Positions 48,640 through 53,141 of a DNA stretch of 53,141 nucleotides are shown one piece after another. Source of the DNA: a virus (taxonomy: Duplodnaviria > Caudoviricetes); IMG/VR virus record IMGVR_UViG_3300030389_000481, positions 1-53,141 of that record. One strand, 5' to 3'. The stretch's first letter is position 1. Each line of letters opens with the position of its first letter. The notes under the pieces were generated by a model that did not search any database, was not told the origin of the DNA, and saw nothing but the letters and a program-made list of their open reading frames with translations. A program made the translations under genes and the position numbers.

Positions 48640-49341
48640 ATGAATGACAAAACCCGACATATCATGTCGTGCCTTGCCCTTCGCTTTTAGACCTACGACT
48701 ACATTGCGTTTGTCTAAAAACCTTAAGTCGCTTTCATCACCATTGACAACCTCTCTACCTTTGAAGTAGATAGGGAAAGCACCATTGAATACTACTGCTA
48801 TGTTGTATGCTATCTTGTCATACCACTTAGCATACTTATCACTTGCTTCTGAATAAGACCAAGTCAAATGATAGTTGTCTATATCTGATACTTTTCTTGT
48901 TGGGATTTTAGTGTAATCATAAAATTGTATATTTGGATAGTGTTCAAATACATTCTTATCTTTATACTTAATAAGTTCCCATTGTATATCACTCGTGCCA
49001 TTCAACCTGATTGCTGGTTCTTTGTCTTTCTTGTAGCAGTAATTACTAAACCTTTGTATTTCATCTAACAATATTTCCATAAATGTCTCATTGTCTGTAA
49101 GAAATAATTCAGTTCTACGCTGTCGTGCATCTTGTATTCTATTGCTAGTCTCACCTTTCTTGAATATACCACCACGCCCAGCAGTATTTAAACACGCTGT
49201 CTTACAACCAGCGATGTCTTGATATGGACATATCCTTGTAGAGATAGGTCGTAAGTGCATGATAGCACTAATGTAAGTATCATTAACTTTTTCACCTTTT
49301 AATATCTTTGGATTGTTAAAGGTCAGTAGTTGGTATGCCAT
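48634..49341 (-). CDS. Gp88-like Cys-cluster protein
   Basis: CP.....GC...CL...GRG, RLNGTSD, FYDYTK, GD..DLRFLD. Confidence 0.7.
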   Translation of the reverse strand: MAYQLLTFNNPKILKGEKVNDTYISAIMHLRPISTRICPYQDIAGCKTACLNTAGRGGIFKKGETSNRIQDARQRRTELFLTDNETFMEILLDEIQRFSNYCYKKDKEPAIRLNGTSDIQWELIKYKDKNVFEHYPNIQFYDYTKIPTRKVSDIDNYHLTWSYSEASDKYAKWYDKIAYNIAVVFNGAFPIYFKGREVVNGDESDLRFLDKRNVVVGLKAKGKARHDMSGFVIHV

Positions 49342-49543
49342 AGTTCACCCCTCTAAATATATACTGTGATAATAATTCACCTGCTACCTGATAGATAAAT
49401 TGCTCTGTGCATTGTTCGTTCTCATATCCTGCAAGTTCTTCCATAATATCAGCAACAATTTTATCTAGTGTATTACTGGATAAACTTCTTGTGATTTCGT
49501 AATCTCTTATCAAGACTTCTTCTACTGTTTTATAAATACTCAT
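49316..49543 (-). CDS. Hypothetical early protein
   Basis: ORF in packed operon. Confidence 0.6.
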   Translation of the reverse strand: MSIYKTVEEVLIRDYEITRSLSSNTLDKIVADIMEELAGYENEQCTEQFIYQVAGELLSQYIFRGVNYGIPTTDL

Positions 49544-49734
49544 ACTGCTCTTTCCTCCATAATTTCTTCGGCAAGTAGTTCCAATATCTTTTCTCTATCA
49601 TCATCTTCATGTAATCCATGTTCGATAGCAAGATTGGAAACTCTATCAAGATGTTTTTCATCTAATGTAAATTCATCTAAATTGATTTGTTCCCATATCT
49701 GTTCCCAAACCATATCATTAATACAATTACTCAT
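49540..49734 (-). CDS. Hypothetical acidic early protein
   Basis: GGAGG RBS. Confidence 0.6.
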   Translation of the reverse strand: MSNCINDMVWEQIWEQINLDEFTLDEKHLDRVSNLAIEHGLHEDDDREKILELLAEEIMEERAV

Positions 49735-49934
49735 AAATCCTCCATTAATTTATTAATCATTGCTTTTCTATATTCCTTTTGTTGTAAGAAAGGAACATCA
49801 TTATCAAAGGATATATCAACAATCTGCTCTAGTGTAGAGTTATCAATATATACAGTCATATCACCAACCTCAACATATAATGAATGTGGTGTTCTTCTAT
49901 CGACCACTAGTTCGCTTTCACATTTCTTACTCAT
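49731..49934 (-). CDS. Hypothetical early protein
   Basis: Start likely MSKK at 49934; VYIDNST motif. Confidence 0.6.
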   Translation of the reverse strand: MSKKCESELVVDRRTPHSLYVEVGDMTVYIDNSTLEQIVDISFDNDVPFLQQKEYRKAMINKLMEDL

Positions 49935-50079
49935 TCTTCTCACCCCCTTCAAACATTTTCATTATCTTCTGCATATTGTTATATGCCCATTCATCATACT
50001 CTCTTTGTTTGATGAAGTCTTTATACTCTTGACTGTCTTTATCGACAGTCTCATACCAGTCTCTAAATAATTTAGACAT
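49927..50079 (-). CDS. Hypothetical protein (50 aa)
   Basis: GGAGG RBS; MSKLFRDWYETVDK...; fills the gap. Confidence 0.6.
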   Translation of the reverse strand: MSKLFRDWYETVDKDSQEYKDFIKQREYDEWAYNNMQKIMKMFEGGEKNE

Positions 50080-50371
50080 TGTCTTTCGCCTCCCTTTTTA
50101 AATCATACATATACTCATGTAAACTTGCGAATATATCATCAATAGTTTCTTCATAAGACTTAGATATCTCTAAACTTGTATCGATAACTTTATCTTTTGA
50201 AGATTGTATCTTGTTGAATGCTCTTATCAAATGAATTAAATCCATATCAAGAACACTTATCTCTGTATCCCTGCTTTCGGAATAATACATAGGAGCATCA
50301 CCGACATTCATATCAATAGGTGTTTTATATCCTAACACCTCAAGGAGTTCAAAAATTTGCTTTACTTTCAT
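50072..50371 (-). CDS. Hypothetical early protein
   Basis: GGAGGGT RBS; YYSES.....I..LDMDL.HL.RA. Confidence 0.65.
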   Translation of the reverse strand: MKVKQIFELLEVLGYKTPIDMNVGDAPMYYSESRDTEISVLDMDLIHLIRAFNKIQSSKDKVIDTSLEISKSYEETIDDIFASLHEYMYDLKREAKDNV

Positions 50372-50402
50372 AATACCCTCCATTGGTATAAATTAATTTA
50401 AG

Positions 50403-50432
50403 TGAACAGTTTCACTACTTGTTCAGGTAGTA
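50403..50432 (-). promoter_or_regulatory. H-type pseudoknot in leader
   Basis: UACUAC-C-UGAACA-A-GUAGUG-AAAC-UGUUCA. Confidence 0.7.
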
Positions 50433-50529
50433 TAGCATATTGTGTGTCATATAGCGTGATGATAGGAGAAATAAAAACATCACTTTGCGAGGTAAAACTT
50501 ATAAACCCTCTCACACATTGCTATAGTAA

Positions 50530-50994
50530 TTAGTCAACAAACATCTCAATAAGTCTTGCGACTAGGTCTTTTGCATTAAAGTCTCCACCCATAGTCAGCA
50601 TTCCTAATTCATCTGCTACACCATGTCTAATCCTATTAGGAACATTAGTGTCATATTCCCAATCACCTTTGGAATGTCCATAGTGTCCGAGATTTGTTTT
50701 GATATAAGTTCCTAGATAATCATGCGTATAACTGCTGTCATCTTTTTGGGAATATCTCAAATTAAAACCCTTCACATTGTCCTTAATTTCCTCTTTAAGG
50801 TCTTTGAGTTTCTTTTCAAGTGCATCAATTTCATCACACAATCCAGAGTGTTGGTGCATTAAGTCATTTAACATGACATCAAAACCCTCACTCTCAACCT
50901 CACGAATGAAATTCGCTTCACTCTTTTCCTTCCAAGCATTCACTACTTGTCTTTCGATAATTTCTCTATCGACTATTCTCATTGCTTTACTCAT
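50530..50994 (-). CDS. Hypothetical early protein (coiled coil)
   Basis: GGAGGGT RBS before ATG 50994. Confidence 0.65.
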   Translation of the reverse strand: MSKAMRIVDREIIERQVVNAWKEKSEANFIREVESEGFDVMLNDLMHQHSGLCDEIDALEKKLKDLKEEIKDNVKGFNLRYSQKDDSSYTHDYLGTYIKTNLGHYGHSKGDWEYDTNVPNRIRHGVADELGMLTMGGDFNAKDLVARLIEMFVD

Positions 50995-51040
50995 ATAAAT
51001 ACCCTCCATTGGTTTGTAAGTAAAATTAATAAAAAAAAAT

Positions 51041-51070
51041 TGAGTAGTTTAATGTGATACTCAGCACATT
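51041..51070 (-). promoter_or_regulatory. H-type pseudoknot in leader
   Basis: AAUGUG-C-UGAGUA-U-CACAUU-AAAC-UACUCA. Confidence 0.7.
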
Positions 51071-51073
51071 GCA

Positions 51074-51295
51074 TCAACTAACGCAGATAACTTTATTGCC
51101 ATCTACACCATGACAAGATACTTCAATCTTCTTCTCATAGTAGTCCTGCCCAGTTGCTTCAATAACCTTTCTATCAAAGATAGGTTCTCTAACTGTAATA
51201 AATATCTGTCTATAATGACTGACATTATCATCTTTTCCGATTGAGCAATTTTCTTCTAACTCAATCTTCTCTACTCTGTGCAAACTAATATCCAT
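51074..51295 (-). CDS. Hypothetical early protein
   Basis: TAGGAGGACTTATG start context. Confidence 0.65.
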   Translation of the reverse strand: MDISLHRVEKIELEENCSIGKDDNVSHYRQIFITVREPIFDRKVIEATGQDYYEKKIEVSCHGVDGNKVICVS

Positions 51296-51310
51296 AAGTC
51301 CTCCTATTAA

Positions 51311-51658
51311 TTAGTTCATTACTTTAAAATCCCAGAATGGAAACTCTGTGTGTCCAACTGGCAACCACTCAACAGCATCTTCAACATCTTTCATAGTCAA
51401 AGTTGTTGCAATGCTATCACCTTCTTCATTGTGTCCAAGCAGTAATCCTATACCAGCATATACCTGCTTTTTCCACATGAAATATCTATTCGGTTGAATT
51501 AGTAAACCTTCATCATCTAAATACAAATCATTTACCTCATCAACACGACTAACAGTAAAAGTATCGCACTCAATTAAGAGTGCAATATCTCGCCAATCAC
51601 CTGTATATTCTACAGGTTTGATTGTTTCGTTATACGGATTTATTAAGATGCCTTTCAT
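51311..51658 (-). CDS. DUF3846-like protein
   Basis: ILINP...LYLDDEGLL...YAG.GL..G. Confidence 0.65.
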   Translation of the reverse strand: MKGILINPYNETIKPVEYTGDWRDIALLIECDTFTVSRVDEVNDLYLDDEGLLIQPNRYFMWKKQVYAGIGLLLGHNEEGDSIATTLTMKDVEDAVEWLPVGHTEFPFWDFKVMN

Positions 51659-51987
51659 TAATTACTCCTGAAAGTTAGTTCTGCTTCATACTTTTCATTG
51701 ACTAAATCAAGTATCTCGGACTTAGCATCTTGAATTGCTCTTTCTGCTTCATCTCTGATATTGTCAATCGTTTCGTATTCAAAGTTATCAACCTTGCTTT
51801 CCATGTCATCAACTTTGCATTCAAAGTCCTGCACTTGGTATTCAATGTCATCAACTTTAGACACAGCATCATTAACACCTGCCATATCGATTTGCTGATA
51901 TATTTCATTATCAACATAATCTGATATCAACCATTTAACGAACCTTTGTTTAAGAGTTGTTCTTCTCTTTTTGTTTGCATTTACCAT
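51658..51987 (-). CDS. Hypothetical coiled-coil protein
   Basis: KVDD.E heptads; TAGGAGGACTTATG start context. Confidence 0.65.
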   Translation of the reverse strand: MVNANKKRRTTLKQRFVKWLISDYVDNEIYQQIDMAGVNDAVSKVDDIEYQVQDFECKVDDMESKVDNFEYETIDNIRDEAERAIQDAKSEILDLVNEKYEAELTFRSN

Positions 51988-52045
51988 AAGTCCTCCTATT
52001 TAAATGCGTTAGTATTAAGCAAGTCATTTCCCGACCTGCCGAAAC

Positions 52046-52074
52046 AGTATGGCGTGAATTGCCGACCATGTCAA
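52046..52074 (-). promoter_or_regulatory. Early sigma70 promoter
   Basis: TTGACA-17 bp-CATACT. Confidence 0.7.
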
Positions 52075-52093
52075 GCGACTAATCCTTTAAGTA

Positions 52094-52300
52094 TTAATGA
52101 ACCAATTTAATATCTGGTGGTTCTTTTTCAGTAAGTCTGCCATGTAGTTCAGCAGTATAATTTAATAGTTCAATCATTATTCCAATCAACTGCTCTTTTT
52201 CAATACTGTTAATAAATTCACTTACTTTAGGAATACCAGTCTCTATGTCATTGCCCATAACAATCTCACCCATTTCTAACATAAAATCATCTAGTGTCAT
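52094..52300 (-). CDS. Hypothetical early protein
   Basis: TAGGAGGACTTATG start context at 52300. Confidence 0.6.
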   Translation of the reverse strand: MTLDDFMLEMGEIVMGNDIETGIPKVSEFINSIEKEQLIGIMIELLNYTAELHGRLTEKEPPDIKLVH

Positions 52301-52529
52301 AAGTCCTCCTAAATACATTGATGTTCCATACTTCACCCTTGTCTATAGATACAAAGTTTTGATAGTCAAAATCATTCTTCAAATGTATCCATAGATTTTT
52401 ATTCCTGTGCTTCCACAATTCAGACTTGTCCTCTTTGAAAGAGTGTCTTGATTGAAAAGAGAAACCCAGTTCCCTCAAATAATCTCTTGCTAAAAGATAA
52501 TTATTAAACTTTCTTTTCTTAATAAACAT
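52287..52529 (-). CDS. Hypothetical early protein
   Basis: AAGGAG RBS before MFIKK. Confidence 0.6.
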   Translation of the reverse strand: MFIKKRKFNNYLLARDYLRELGFSFQSRHSFKEDKSELWKHRNKNLWIHLKNDFDYQNFVSIDKGEVWNINVFRRTYDTR

Positions 52530-52629
52530 ATAAACTCCTTGTCGGTTGATGTCTGCGACCACCTTACCACCCATGTCAACTGACTAATACTTTAAGTTTG
52601 TTAAGTTTTAAAGTTGTTTTAAAGTTCTG

Positions 52630-52750
52630 CCCTCTATAATTATGCCAAGTCTTAAAAACAAATCGCCCTCAATTACTCTGCCGACACTCCCTCTATTACT
52701 CTGCCCTGCCCACTAAACCTTAAATCTAAATCTAAACTTAAATTTAAATT
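52630..52750. repeat. Three 17-bp direct repeats plus a TAAAYY hexamer array
   Basis: Near-identical CCCTC..TGCC 17-mers at 52630, 52666 and 52689; about 6 hexamers at 52714-52750. Confidence 0.75.
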
Positions 52751-52808
52751 GTGGTTTGGACACCTGCCAATATAAAAAGTCTTCCATCCTTATTCAAAAC
52801 CCTAGCAG

Positions 52809-52835
52809 AAAAAAAAGCACCTCCGAAGAAGTGCT
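52809..52835 (-). terminator. Rho-independent terminator of the first operon
   Basis: AGCACTTC-TTCG-GAGGTGCT followed by a T-run. Confidence 0.85.
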
Positions 52836-52844
52836 TTAAAAGGA

Positions 52845-53117
52845 TTAGCAGTCGTGTTCTGCTAAATATTTAGTAATCTTATCCTTGTATTTTTTAGGTA
52901 AAGATTTCTTTGAAAATAAATCAGATGCTTGTTTGCAAGTTAGTTTTCCTTGTTTTACATCTGAATAAAGGCAACCAAAGATTTGCCCTTTTAATTTCCA
53001 ATCGACCATGCTACCTTTTTTCGCAAAGCGTATTGCTAATGCGTTGCATTGCTTATAAGAAGCAGGACTTCCTTGTTGCTCTTTAGATAAAGAGTTTATA
53101 TCAAATTTATCTGTCAT
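52845..53117 (-). CDS. Second early gene, basic hypothetical protein (90 aa)
   Basis: AGGAGG RBS; continues from gene 86-271 across the circular junction. Confidence 0.75.
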   Translation of the reverse strand: MTDKFDINSLSKEQQGSPASYKQCNALAIRFAKKGSMVDWKLKGQIFGCLYSDVKQGKLTCKQASDLFSKKSLPKKYKDKITKYLAEHDC

Positions 53118-53141
53118 AGTATCCTCCTTAAGAATTTACAG

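Noticed and set aside
51050-51071. CRP-box-like TGTGA-N6-GCACA, tempting given the cyclase
   Set aside because: The palindrome is explained as stem 1 of a pseudoknot whose sister elements lack CRP similarity; dual use is not excluded
53044-53141. Terminal 98-bp repeat as the biological terminal repeat
   Set aside because: Its length fits an assembler k-mer overlap and it cuts through a gene; it shows circularity only
1-53141. Stop-codon reassignment, introns, inteins or a DGR
   Set aside because: Core genes are full length in code 11 with dense packing; no reverse transcriptase or intein motifs seen

Overview
This is a complete, circularly assembled, AT-rich dsDNA phage genome (about 53.04 kb unique; bases 2-99 recur at 53044-53141). 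It looks like a marine podovirus with T7-like replication genes but no recognisable RNA polymerase or integrase. It has two converging arms. The + arm (about 1.1-37.3 kb) carries terminases, portal, scaffold, capsid, tail proteins, a collagen-containing fibre, a GT25/PLOD-type modifying enzyme, ejection proteins, lysis genes and a CsgF-CsgG-curlin-FecR-CHASE2 adenylate cyclase operon. The - arm (about 37.4-53.1 kb plus 86-271) carries early genes, SSB, primase-helicase, Pol A, nucleases and RNR. The most striking feature lies in the divergent junction. The 'non-coding' 343-887 stretch is a colinear, patchy inverted copy of the whole first two-gene operon, from promoter to terminator, made of about 12 blocks of 14-21 bp around a C-GTA-G hairpin apex, so one strand could fold into a roughly 1.2-kb hairpin. 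Other highlights are a twin pseudoknotted RNA motif with covariation, three gene-32-like pseudoknots before early and SSB genes, a candidate phage collagen hydroxylation/glycosylation system, and a candidate trans-envelope cAMP signalling operon beside the lysis genes. All calls come from reading the sequence by eye; no database searches were run.
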